32,000 bases of DNA from a virus, in IMG/VR virus record IMGVR_UViG_3300045988_150569, positions 80,613-112,612 of that record. The stretch is one strand, 5' to 3'. Numbering within the stretch: the first letter of the stretch is position 1; each line of letters opens with the position of its first letter. Position numbers and translations under genes: made by a program. Shown one piece after another: positions 9,574-18,395 of the stretch. The notes under the pieces are model-generated. The model worked only from the letters and a program-made list of their open reading frames with translations. It did no database searches and was not told the DNA's origin.

Positions 9574-9921
9574 TTAGCTGCATTCACCGCAACTGTTATG
9601 TCTCCAATCTTCCTCGTTAATTGCATAGAATACACACTTCTGAATATCTTTGTCTGCAACGATCTTATTGAGCCAATAGCCATTGACTTCGATCCAATCT
9701 TCACATCTCAGACCATCGTTATAATATTCCCATTCTTCACGATAATCTTCATTAAAATGCCATTTTCGATATGATTTATATGTATTCATGTCATCTTTTC
9801 TCAGATCTTCTGGAATCTTATCTGAAACGTCTCTTCCATCTACTTTTAATGTCCATTTGCCATGGCACAAACATGGATATCCACCGCTCCATTCAACTTC
9901 TACATTCCCGACTTTACCCAT
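9574..9921 (-). CDS. hypothetical protein
   Basis: ORF MGKVGNVEVEWSGGYPCLCHGKWTLKVDG... Confidence 0.7.
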   Translation of the reverse strand: MGKVGNVEVEWSGGYPCLCHGKWTLKVDGRDVSDKIPEDLRKDDMNTYKSYRKWHFNEDYREEWEYYNDGLRCEDWIEVNGYWLNKIVADKDIQKCVFYAINEEDWRHNSCGECS

Positions 9922-9930
9922 ATAAACCTC

Positions 9931-10104
9931 CTAATGTAAACTATACAATGCACCGCAAAAAACAACTGCACTAATGGAGGCACCTAATCCATATAATCCA
10001 GCATTGCCTCCACACTTGTTCAATAATCCCATAAAAGTAACATACGAAACAAATCCACAAAGATATAATCCAGAACCAATTAATCGTTTTTTATTTTCTT
10101 TCAT
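9931..10104 (-). CDS. small membrane protein (57 aa)
   Basis: Hand-translated MKENKKRLIGSGLYLCGFVSYVTFMGLLNKCGGNAGLYGLGASISAVVFCGALYSLH. Confidence 0.55.
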   Translation of the reverse strand: MKENKKRLIGSGLYLCGFVSYVTFMGLLNKCGGNAGLYGLGASISAVVFCGALYSLH

Positions 10105-10745
10105 AATAAGTCACCTTTAAATTCCAAATTAAGCATTTTATTTATTGCTTCTGCGATACTTCTTTTATTGAAATTATTTGTTGTACATTTCCAAAACCAA
10201 TATACCGCCTCAAGAAACTCTTTATAATTTTCCTGATTGAAATATATGTCATTATCTACTTTTTCAGCGTAATTTGCGGCCAACATATCGATCAATTCTT
10301 TATCAGTATATTTTCTCTTCTCCTGATGAAACTCAGATTTCTTCAGATCGTCTGGATTGGCAAGTTTGGCCTGTTTCCAATTTATAGTAAGGTTTTCTCC
10401 GTCATTTGACCAAGATGTGGCGCCGCTGTCAAATGCAGTAACATTTCCATTCTCATTAATCCCAGCAAAATATCTTGGATTCCATTTATCAGTCTCATAA
10501 TTCCTTACTAACACAGGTGTATCTACTGGCACTTTACTCCAATCTACATCTTCTGCTGGGTCTTTGTATTCTGATACAAGCCATTTCTGTGATTTTGAGT
10601 TGCAACCTTCCTCTCCATTAAATTCACATTCAGGACAAACTATTTCACAACAAGGTTTTATCTCGCCATTTTTTGTAAAGCAAGCAATATCTTCACTTTC
10701 CCAAACCTTATCAATCTCATCTTTATATCTTTCATAATTCGTCAT
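10101..10745 (-). CDS. hypothetical protein
   Basis: Start at MTNYERYKDEIDKV, preceded by AAAGGAGAAC RBS. Confidence 0.7.
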   Translation of the reverse strand: MTNYERYKDEIDKVWESEDIACFTKNGEIKPCCEIVCPECEFNGEEGCNSKSQKWLVSEYKDPAEDVDWSKVPVDTPVLVRNYETDKWNPRYFAGINENGNVTAFDSGATSWSNDGENLTINWKQAKLANPDDLKKSEFHQEKRKYTDKELIDMLAANYAEKVDNDIYFNQENYKEFLEAVYWFWKCTTNNFNKRSIAEAINKMLNLEFKGDLL

Positions 10746-10842
10746 AATCACGTTCTCCTTTGCTATGTATTTTAGAAATAGGTTGATTGATTGTGACGCC
10801 AACCAACCTTGATATATTGTTAATCTAGCTCGACAAAATCTA

Positions 10843-11229
10843 TTAATCTAATTCAGCAAGAGCCTTGTCTAATTCTTCATCAGACATATTCTCTAATGCC
10901 GCATCCTGTCTCTTGGCCTTGATTTCCAGGAGGCGCTGCTTCATTTCCTTGTTTTTCTTAGCGTCTTCTCTTGCCTTAATTTCTTCCAGTTTGACGCCGA
11001 CAATATATTTTACAATCTCAATCTTTTCGGAAAGTTCTTCATCTTCCTTTGACTTAGTATGAAGAAGACTTTCTTCTTCGGTTTTCTTTACTTCTGCATT
11101 AAGCGCCTTAAAAACAGAATCCAAGTTATTTAATGATAAAGTCCAAAGATCAATAACATTTACCATTCCTCTAAATGGAAACTGAAAATTCTCACGGGTT
11201 GCCTTTACAAATAATTCATTGTTCGTCAT
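10843..11229 (-). CDS. hypothetical charged protein
   Basis: ORF with AAGGAG RBS. Confidence 0.75.
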   Translation of the reverse strand: MTNNELFVKATRENFQFPFRGMVNVIDLWTLSLNNLDSVFKALNAEVKKTEEESLLHTKSKEDEELSEKIEIVKYIVGVKLEEIKAREDAKKNKEMKQRLLEIKAKRQDAALENMSDEELDKALAELD

Positions 11230-11249
11230 AATAATATTCTCCTTTATTT

Positions 11250-13313
11250 TTAAAATTTAATCTTCATGATACGCTCAGTTGCGCCTTTTACTTTGACTAC
11301 AAGTTCCGCTCTCTTGGTCATTGAAAAACCAATACCAGAAAGCTGATTATCGGTATCCTGTACGTGACACTTTTCTCCAAGAGCTTCAAATACTCTCTTA
11401 TGCTTCATTAAATCATTGTCAAGGAACTCAAGATAGAATCCATTCGGCTCCTCAGTATTTACACAATCTTTCAGGAAGAAAAATACATGTCTATGACCAA
11501 TTCCGTTCTGATCATCAAAATAATTTGGACTATAACTAATTACAGATACAGGAACAAACTGATTGGTCTGAACTCCCCAAATATCACGACTAGAAACACT
11601 CGAAGTACCGTTCAGCTTTTCTTTAATTGAGAAGTTTCCATTTTCGTCAAGAATTACTTCTGCAACAGTTACATCACCAGATACAGGATGATTATATTCA
11701 AAAGCATGAATTTCACCATCAAACTCAATTTCTGCTTTAAATCCCTTACTGCCTCTAGCAGCAAACTGACGTACAAAGAATCTATATGTACCAGGCTTCA
11801 TATGAGATTTGTCCGCCCATGTAATATTTTCTACTGAAGGTTTGCCCTTCATCTGCTCCATTGGTCTAGTAATGTCAATATCAAGCTGCCCACCCATCCT
11901 AGACATCCGAGGTTTCCTGCAATTGCCATAATAGATTTCATTACTATCTGGTTCAATACAATGAGCATCAAGATCACTATTATCATTTTGCGCCTCATTC
12001 CACATGATGGAAAATCTAAGCACACCGTTAACATTACCTCCTGCAGCTTTAACATTCTGTTTCATGTCTGAATCGGTAATATTGCCACTATAGGCCCAGG
12101 ATAAACCGTTGTTCCATTTAAACATTGTCTTTGCATTTGGATTTACTGGTGCGATTAAAGATACAAAGTTCTTCTCATGCCTATTCTCTACAAATGCCTC
12201 GATTTCTTTTGCAGTTGGAAGCACCTTGTCAATAAAATCCTGTGCAGAAATCTCTTCAACTTTAGAGAACTTCTTTGGATTTACAGTAACATCCTTTTCC
12301 ATCTGTCCAAAAATATCGTCTGCATCAGTCATTTTTCTGGCAGCTTCTTTATTAGAGAACAAAACATTGTTTACAGAAATATCATTCAAAGTAGCAAATC
12401 TACGCTGTAAAGAATCCATATAACCAAGCTCAGTAATGGTCTTCTTTGCGTCCTCTAACATCTTTTTAGTGAAAATTGCCTTTGGGCGCTTATAGCTGGC
12501 GGGGGCTACAATCTGCTCATATTTTTTAACTGCTAAATCGAGATCCATATCTTCACTGATATTTACAAGCAGAGTTCCGATAGAATGATTTCTAATACGA
12601 CCAATTGCCATACCAGCCTTAATGGATTTTTCCCAAGTGTACAGAGCCTTATCTGTTGCTGTTGTTAACTTGTCATATTCCTTCTTATATTTCTTAAATT
12701 CAGTCAGAGCGCCTTTCCACTCTTCGCCTTTATATAAGGTGTTGGAATTGATCAGCTCTAATACTGTATCAACTGCATCCATAGTGATTTCGTCTAAAGA
12801 ACGCTTAAACACATTTCTGGTATCACGGAACTGACCTTTGATTTCTTCATTAGAAGAACTCGTGCGATTTACAAATTTATCTGGAAGTTCTAAGAAGAAA
12901 TGATCCCATCTATGAGCTTTACCATTGATTTCTTCAAAGTTATAATCTGTTCCAATCTTTTTGAACTTACTCAAATAAATATCGGAAACTGCATGAGCTT
13001 TTACGAATTTATCCAGCGCATTAGCAACTGTCTGATATGTAGGGTCATTTAATTTAAGTTCCCAAATTGTATGCATCTGGTTATCCTTAATAACTACTGC
13101 CACGCCAATATTCTTAATAAAATATCTACAGCAGCTACAATCATGTTCAGTTCTCTCACGGTAGATAGGGTTAGTACCCGCTGGAAAACTGTTTAAATAA
13201 GTATTCCACAGCTCATCCTTATCTACTAACACCTCGAATAATTTGTCTGTATCCTTCTGCATTTCATTGAAATGTTCCTGTAAAGCTTCCTTAAACTCCA
13301 TAAATCCATCCAT
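11250..13313 (-). CDS. large hypothetical protein with C-terminal YfaP/DUF2135-like beta domain
   Basis: 687-aa ORF; segment FSIMWNEAQNDNSDLDAHCIEPDSNEIYYGNCRKP...GGQLDIDITRP...ENITWADKSHMKPGTYRFFVRQFAARG matches this domain style. Confidence 0.8.
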   Translation of the reverse strand: MDGFMEFKEALQEHFNEMQKDTDKLFEVLVDKDELWNTYLNSFPAGTNPIYRERTEHDCSCCRYFIKNIGVAVVIKDNQMHTIWELKLNDPTYQTVANALDKFVKAHAVSDIYLSKFKKIGTDYNFEEINGKAHRWDHFFLELPDKFVNRTSSSNEEIKGQFRDTRNVFKRSLDEITMDAVDTVLELINSNTLYKGEEWKGALTEFKKYKKEYDKLTTATDKALYTWEKSIKAGMAIGRIRNHSIGTLLVNISEDMDLDLAVKKYEQIVAPASYKRPKAIFTKKMLEDAKKTITELGYMDSLQRRFATLNDISVNNVLFSNKEAARKMTDADDIFGQMEKDVTVNPKKFSKVEEISAQDFIDKVLPTAKEIEAFVENRHEKNFVSLIAPVNPNAKTMFKWNNGLSWAYSGNITDSDMKQNVKAAGGNVNGVLRFSIMWNEAQNDNSDLDAHCIEPDSNEIYYGNCRKPRMSRMGGQLDIDITRPMEQMKGKPSVENITWADKSHMKPGTYRFFVRQFAARGSKGFKAEIEFDGEIHAFEYNHPVSGDVTVAEVILDENGNFSIKEKLNGTSSVSSRDIWGVQTNQFVPVSVISYSPNYFDDQNGIGHRHVFFFLKDCVNTEEPNGFYLEFLDNDLMKHKRVFEALGEKCHVQDTDNQLSGIGFSMTKRAELVVKVKGATERIMKIKF

Positions 13314-13314
13314 A

Positions 13315-13668
13315 TTATTTATCTCCTTTTAAATATTTTCCTTTATGATATTTTCCAGCTACGTTATGCGATTTAACATCATCCTCAAATTCTTTCGAAT
13401 ATGGAACTGAATATGCATAAGCTCCTCCAAAATACACCTGACAATCTTCATCATTAACTGTAGGTATAAATACATAAGTTCTCTGAATAATCATTGCTGC
13501 ACCACCCATGCTTTCAAAACCTCCACTTGTATTACCCCATAACTGTGTGAAGGTTTCCATAACAAAATCACGGATACTGTTATCATTATAATTTTTTAAA
13601 TGATAAGGAAATTCTTCATGGATTGCTAAAAGTTCTCTTGCAATCTGTATTAAATTCAATTCACCCAT
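13315..13668 (-). CDS. hypothetical protein
   Basis: ORF directly upstream of the 687-aa gene; likely co-transcribed. Confidence 0.7.
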   Translation of the reverse strand: MGELNLIQIARELLAIHEEFPYHLKNYNDNSIRDFVMETFTQLWGNTSGGFESMGGAAMIIQRTYVFIPTVNDEDCQVYFGGAYAYSVPYSKEFEDDVKSHNVAGKYHKGKYLKGDK

Positions 13669-13702
13669 TTTATCTCACCTTTCTCTGGAATATCGTTTTC
13701 AT

Positions 13703-13963
13703 CTACTCAAATATTCTCTTAATCCTTTCGATAATTCCGGCTTCCGTCTTTATTTTTACAACACTTACTTCATGAAAACATTTATAATTAAGGTCATGAA
13801 GTAATTCCATTAATTCACCGTTATCTTTTATTCGAATCGTAACTTTAGGATAAATTGATGCATCGTGTTTTGTCCTTAGAATTTCAACATTATGTTCGCT
13901 CAATACAGAAAAAATTATTTTGCCGTCTTCTACATAATCCATATATCGTAAAATTGCTTTCAT
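13703..13963 (-). CDS. hypothetical protein
   Basis: ORF. Confidence 0.65.
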   Translation of the reverse strand: MKAILRYMDYVEDGKIIFSVLSEHNVEILRTKHDASIYPKVTIRIKDNGELMELLHDLNYKCFHEVSVVKIKTEAGIIERIKRIFE

Positions 13964-13975
13964 TCATTCCCTCTA

Positions 13976-14341
13976 TTAGTCATCAAAATCAAATTCGCTG
14001 AGTAATTCGCTTCCATTTCCCCACCAATCAGGTTTTCCACTATCCTCTTTTGTTGGTTCACATGTCCAGCATTCAATCTCTTTGCCATCTACATCAACAA
14101 TTGGAGTAGCCCAATTAGAACACCCATAAACATATCCATTGTAATATTCTCCTCTTGCGAAGATTAAACCACTTGTGTTATTCCAATCTTTACGAAGTCC
14201 TGCATAAATTACTGAATTTGGATTTTCGTCTACAATTTTCTGAACCTTATTCCAGTCCATATATTTCGTTCTTCCAATTAGTTTTGTAGCAACTGCAGTT
14301 GGTCCTAAGAAACCCATTGCAAAATCTATATAACCTTTCAT
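13976..14341 (-). CDS. hypothetical protein
   Basis: ORF, RBS GGAGG. Confidence 0.7.
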   Translation of the reverse strand: MKGYIDFAMGFLGPTAVATKLIGRTKYMDWNKVQKIVDENPNSVIYAGLRKDWNNTSGLIFARGEYYNGYVYGCSNWATPIVDVDGKEIECWTCEPTKEDSGKPDWWGNGSELLSEFDFDD

Positions 14342-15043
14342 CTATTTCTCCTCCGTTTTATATCTCTTATCTTTCTTTTCTCTAGTTTTCAGGATAAATT
14401 TCTTATATTCTTCGTACCCGTCAAACCGGATATATTTACCCTCCATAACATCAAAACAATCTGAATTATGTGCTAACTCATATTCATTAGATGAGATTAC
14501 AATATACACTTCCATTCCATGCGTTTTTGCATCATTCAAAACCATCTGGAAGAAATCTTTCATCTCAATAACATTGTCAATGGAATAACCGGAGTCCATA
14601 GCATCTAATAGGATCCATCGCTCATTAGAAGCGATTTCAATTTCTTCTTCTTCATCTGAAAGTAGTCTAGCTAATTTATTAAACCTATCTCCATTATCGC
14701 CAGTCTGGATGAACTTTCTCAGTTTAGAAGCAATTTTACCAAGATTTATTGAAATATTCTCTCCTTCAGAAGAACACATAGCGGTTGCACCTAATGCAAT
14801 ATCTCCATAAAACATGCTCTCACCAATAGAGTTGTGCCCGCCATCTTTTTCATTGTCGTAAATGAAAGTTGGGATATTTTCTTTTTTAAGTTCTTCACGA
14901 ATATTGTGGAGCAATGTGCTTTTACCAGCTCCATTGCATCCAACTAATACTATCACTCCTGGATTAATTTCAATTTCTTTCTTGCGACATGTAGAAAATC
15001 CTTCATCATATGGATCACGCCATGTCTTGAATATTCTACTCAT
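14342..15043 (-). CDS. P-loop/AAA (ABC-like) ATPase
   Basis: Walker A GCNGAGKST; Walker B-like RWILLDAMDSG. Start at MSRIF with AAAGGAGAA RBS. Confidence 0.85.
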   Translation of the reverse strand: MSRIFKTWRDPYDEGFSTCRKKEIEINPGVIVLVGCNGAGKSTLLHNIREELKKENIPTFIYDNEKDGGHNSIGESMFYGDIALGATAMCSSEGENISINLGKIASKLRKFIQTGDNGDRFNKLARLLSDEEEEIEIASNERWILLDAMDSGYSIDNVIEMKDFFQMVLNDAKTHGMEVYIVISSNEYELAHNSDCFDVMEGKYIRFDGYEEYKKFILKTREKKDKRYKTEEK

Positions 15044-15075
15044 ATATTCTCCTTTCAAATTTCTTTATATGTATT

Positions 15076-15330
15076 TTATATACCTTCTTCAATAAATATC
15101 GCTATCAAAAATAAAAACCCTCCGATTATAAAGAAAATAATTGATGGAAAGAAAACAACTATAATTGCAATTTTTGCGATTGCTTTAATCCAGAAATATT
15201 TTCTAGGATATATACCAAAAATCCCTTCTGTAATTCCACGACTTGTTACCCTCATCAAGAATGACATGCCTATAATGGCACAGCCTAAGATGTATAACCA
15301 TAAAATTATAGTTATGATCATTGCTCCCAT
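15076..15330 (-). CDS. small membrane protein
   Basis: Hydrophobic ORF with two TM stretches. Confidence 0.6.
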   Translation of the reverse strand: MGAMIITIILWLYILGCAIIGMSFLMRVTSRGITEGIFGIYPRKYFWIKAIAKIAIIVVFFPSIIFFIIGGFLFLIAIFIEEGI

Positions 15331-15370
15331 TTGCATATTCTCCTTCTAAATTTCGAATTCATTATGTATG

Positions 15371-16933
15371 TTATTTTTTATCATATTGATCTTTATATGT
15401 ATTCTCGTATTCCAACCTATTATATTTTCTCCAAATCATACCTCGTCTTGTACGTACAATCTTCACTTTAGAACATTCATTTTTCTTAAGCTGTCCATAC
15501 TCTTCTGGACTTAATGAAATGGTTGGATTATCTACTTTTTGATTTTTATATGTAAAAAATATTTTATACTTACCTTTATGAATTTGCATTGTTTTGACTT
15601 CTGCCAAATTACCTTTATGATTTCCTGATTTTATAAAAATTAAATCACCAGCTTTTAAACAATAAAAATGACATTCTCTTCGTTGTTTTCCTTTTTCTAC
15701 CTTCTTTTCTCTATATTGTCTAAGATTATCTACTTCATTTTTACATGTTGTCCTCCAAGACGATGCATTATCCAATCTTGTATAACATAATTCCGTTCCT
15801 GATTTAGTTTTCCCATCTCGTATGTCTATATATTTCGCATCAAAAAAGCTTTCCATTTTTCTATCATTACATCTTTTCTGATCTACTATATAAATGAATT
15901 TTGTTAATGAGATATTTTTCCATTCTTTTAGACATACCGCATCAGTGTAATGGAACTTTGGTAAACCTATAAGTTTACGATTAATTTTTGTCTCATAACC
16001 ATAAGCAAGTTCTACATCTTTAAAATCCGCACATAATGCATTGTAGATTTTATATCTGACAATATTCATAAAAGTAGAATCCTTATAGGTATCAGGCATC
16101 TTCTTATTTTGCAATTCCCTAAAATATTTATTATTATTGTTATTGGAATGAACCAGACGATGGTGATGATGACAAAGACAAATAAGATTACTCGGACGAT
16201 TTGTGCCGCCAGCAGCTCTTGGAATAATATGATGTACTTCTATAGTATCGTTGTTTTTATTCTTTACTTTTCCACTCGATAAACACATTTGACATATATG
16301 TTTATCTCTATCCCTTACATATGCGGTAACATTTTCATACCCTTTCATTTCTCCATTTTGATAATCTTTTCCAGAAATTATTCTTCCATCCAAATCTGCG
16401 ATCATTTTCTGAATATCAAATTTCGCTACTTCAATAATTATCCTATCTATTGGAACCCATTGCGCAATTTTCTTTATTAACCGAATATGCGAATCTATTT
16501 TATGTTGTATAGATGGAGCAATCCATCCATCTTGATTCCCATTTTTATACGTAGGATTATGAACTATTTTATAATCTACATTCTTATTTTTTCGATATCT
16601 CAATCTAGCTCGTTTAAATTTGCGATTCGAGGCCCTAACAGTGAGCCTTTCACTCATTCCTTGTAACAGATTGACCTGTCCTGCCAGATATTCATGCTCG
16701 CTATCACTTACAGAAAAACCTATATTTAGATAACCACTATCTATTTTTAATTCAAATATATTTCTTATTTCATAATCTGCCGAATACTCATCAAATCTTT
16801 GTATTACTGTTGGATCGTGATTTATAATCTTAGCTTTATTATGTCTTAATAAATATGCTGCCGTACTCTCTTTAATTGGAATACAAGGAACTTTATTCTT
16901 ATCTACCATAAGTACAAAATCTAAATAATTCAT
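15371..16933 (-). CDS. iscB: IscB-like RNA-guided nuclease (RRXRR/PLMP + split RuvC + bridge helix + HNH)
   Basis: N-term VPCIPIKESTAAYLLRHNKAKI; RuvC-I LKIDSGYLNIGFSV; Arg-rich bridge RASNRKFKRARLRYRKNK; RuvC-II IDRIIIEVAKFD; HNH CQMC...IEVHHIIPRAAGGTNRPSNLICLCHHHH; RuvC-III KLIGLPKFHYTDAVCL. Expected catalytic D, E, H and H/D are present. Confidence 0.88.
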   Translation of the reverse strand: MNYLDFVLMVDKNKVPCIPIKESTAAYLLRHNKAKIINHDPTVIQRFDEYSADYEIRNIFELKIDSGYLNIGFSVSDSEHEYLAGQVNLLQGMSERLTVRASNRKFKRARLRYRKNKNVDYKIVHNPTYKNGNQDGWIAPSIQHKIDSHIRLIKKIAQWVPIDRIIIEVAKFDIQKMIADLDGRIISGKDYQNGEMKGYENVTAYVRDRDKHICQMCLSSGKVKNKNNDTIEVHHIIPRAAGGTNRPSNLICLCHHHHRLVHSNNNNNKYFRELQNKKMPDTYKDSTFMNIVRYKIYNALCADFKDVELAYGYETKINRKLIGLPKFHYTDAVCLKEWKNISLTKFIYIVDQKRCNDRKMESFFDAKYIDIRDGKTKSGTELCYTRLDNASSWRTTCKNEVDNLRQYREKKVEKGKQRRECHFYCLKAGDLIFIKSGNHKGNLAEVKTMQIHKGKYKIFFTYKNQKVDNPTISLSPEEYGQLKKNECSKVKIVRTRRGMIWRKYNRLEYENTYKDQYDKK

Positions 16934-16937
16934 ATAT

Positions 16938-17200
16938 TATCCTTAAAATAATCTCGGCATATAGCCGGTAATGCTCTTCGACAATGTTATAAAAAGTTTA
17001 TAATATTGATATCACTTGCATTTGGTATCTTTAGTGTAATGCATGTTTAAATATCAATGATATAGTCATTACTAGAGCGATATAATGGTATATTATCTTT
17101 TTATAACGTAGTAACCTAAGTCTATTTTTAATTCACACTTATAATTTTTAAAGGTTACTTTGAGGGTTTGTAACCCTCTGAAATTACTTACCTCTAAAAC
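16938..17200 (-). ncRNA. candidate omega-RNA scaffold upstream of iscB (boundaries approximate)
   Basis: Non-coding interval 5' of iscB, same strand, where omega-RNA is expected. Contains GAGGGTT-ACA-AACCCTC hairpin, AGTAACCT...AGGTTACT long-range stem, and CGGC-TATAT-GCCG hairpin just before the start codon. Confidence 0.6.
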
Positions 17201-17332
17201 TATCCGGCTGTCCACCAATAAATGCTCCTAGTTTTGTAACCCTCTGAAATTACTTACCTCTAAAACAAGATAGTTTTTCAATGCTTCAAAGTGTTTGTTT
17301 TGTAACCCTCTGAAATTACTTACCTCTAAAGA
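17165..17332 (-). CRISPR. mini CRISPR-like array: 3 repeats (36 nt), 2 spacers (30 nt)
   Basis: Repeats at 17165-17200, 17231-17266, 17297-17332. Plus-strand unit GTTTTGTAACCCTCTGAAATTACTTACCTCTAAAAC; first copy has 1 mismatch, third has 2 at its end. Spacers 17201-17230 and 17267-17296 are unrelated and both 30 nt. Confidence 0.85.
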
Positions 17333-17381
17333 TCTGTTACCATATTATTTTTCTCCTATCTTATGCATTTTTTTCTAATAA

Positions 17382-17399
17382 GGCGGTATTTCTACCGCC
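17382..17399. other. stem-loop GGCGGTA-TTTC-TACCGCC
   Basis: Perfect 7-bp stem with tetraloop between the array and the 17408 CDS; no convincing T-run. Confidence 0.5.
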
Positions 17400-17407
17400 C
17401 ATATGTA

Positions 17408-17974
17408 TTACTTACAACTCGCTTCAGAAAGTTCTTTGTTGAAATCTCTCATCGCTCTCAGATATGCTTCTTTCTGAGTTTCGATCTGTTCTTCTTTTCG
17501 TTTCTCAGCTCTACGCTTCTTATAAGCAGCTAACTTCGCCTTGCGTTTTTCAATTCTTTCTTTCTCTTTTTCTTCGGCTTCTGCTTTCTTTAACTTATTT
17601 TCATAACACTTAAGACCATTGCGAACTGCCTTATTATATAAATTGCTTCCACCAAGTACATGTTTTGTGATACAAATAGAAATTGCCATCTCTAAACTGA
17701 ACACATCTGGCTCTCGACAAACTGATTTCTGTTTATCTCCATCTGTAAAAGTTACTTCTACAACTTTATTCTCTACAATGATATTTACATCTTTGATTTT
17801 TACATTAGGCTCTTTTTTAATAGGTAAAGTGCCGCTTGATATTTTCGTAGCCGTGGAAAGACCTACGCTTCCACTATACGTACAAGTTATTGGTGTTTCT
17901 ATATATACTTTGTCCATATCTCGTTTGTAATTTAATTTTAATGAAGTAGTAGTAGTAGTTAATTTGTTCTCCAT
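17408..17974 (-). CDS. hypothetical protein, Lys/Glu-rich C-terminus
   Basis: ORF; start at MENKLTT or two codons upstream. Confidence 0.7.
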   Translation of the reverse strand: MENKLTTTTTSLKLNYKRDMDKVYIETPITCTYSGSVGLSTATKISSGTLPIKKEPNVKIKDVNIIVENKVVEVTFTDGDKQKSVCREPDVFSLEMAISICITKHVLGGSNLYNKAVRNGLKCYENKLKKAEAEEKEKERIEKRKAKLAAYKKRRAEKRKEEQIETQKEAYLRAMRDFNKELSEASCK

Positions 17975-17979
17975 ATGTA

Positions 17980-18369
17980 TCACTCTCCAATCTTTTTATA
18001 TTCTTCCAGCATCTTAGCAAACTCAGGATCTTTCTCAGCTGCCCATTCATATTTCCCTTCGTTAACGATTTCTTTTAATCTTTTATCCAATTCTTTCTTA
18101 AGTTTCATCTTTCTTCTACGTTCTTCAACACGTTTTTCATATGCCTTTGTATCAACTTTACAAATAACCTCTGCCGTAAGATCTACTTTTCCTTCAAATT
18201 CTTCTGGTGTAAGAATAGAAGTAATTTCCAAGATATTGTGACATGCTCCTGAAACTAAAATCTTATCTCCTACCTGATAACAAACATAATCCTCGTAGAT
18301 TGCGTAATAATATCTACCACCACTCTGAATTGTTTCCGCCACTTCATAATAACCCGTCAATTTTGCCAT
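17980..18369 (-). CDS. hypothetical protein
   Basis: ORF MAKLTGYYEVAETIQSGGRYYYAIYEDYVCYQVGDKILVSG..., RBS AGAGG. Confidence 0.75.
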   Translation of the reverse strand: MAKLTGYYEVAETIQSGGRYYYAIYEDYVCYQVGDKILVSGACHNILEITSILTPEEFEGKVDLTAEVICKVDTKAYEKRVEERRRKMKLKKELDKRLKEIVNEGKYEWAAEKDPEFAKMLEEYKKIGE

Positions 18370-18395
18370 ATCTTTTACCTCTTTCTATGTATTTT

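Noticed and set aside
9093-9704. Full-length 203-aa ORF start
   Set aside because: Would overlap 9574..9921 heavily; RBS and start at 9560 fit better.
12109-12423. Plus-strand ORFs inside 11250..13313 (also 11321..11539, 12177..12410, 12622..12834)
   Set aside because: Antisense artefacts over a long coding gene.
15371-16933. Calling the nuclease Cas9, TnpB or a plain HNH homing enzyme
   Set aside because: Too short for Cas9 with no REC-sized insertion. Has an HNH between RuvC-II and RuvC-III and an N-terminal RRXRR/PLMP-like region, which fits IscB rather than TnpB or a plain HNH enzyme.
17382-17399. Intrinsic terminator isolating the array from the upstream gene
   Set aside because: Hairpin is perfect but followed on the minus strand by TTATTAGAAAAAAA, not a T-run; kept only as a generic stem-loop.
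15076-18369. Complete CRISPR-Cas locus (cas1/cas2/csn2) or IS200/IS605 transposon around iscB
   Set aside because: None of the neighboring ORFs shows Cas1, Cas2, Csn2 or TnpA features; no adaptation genes in the window.
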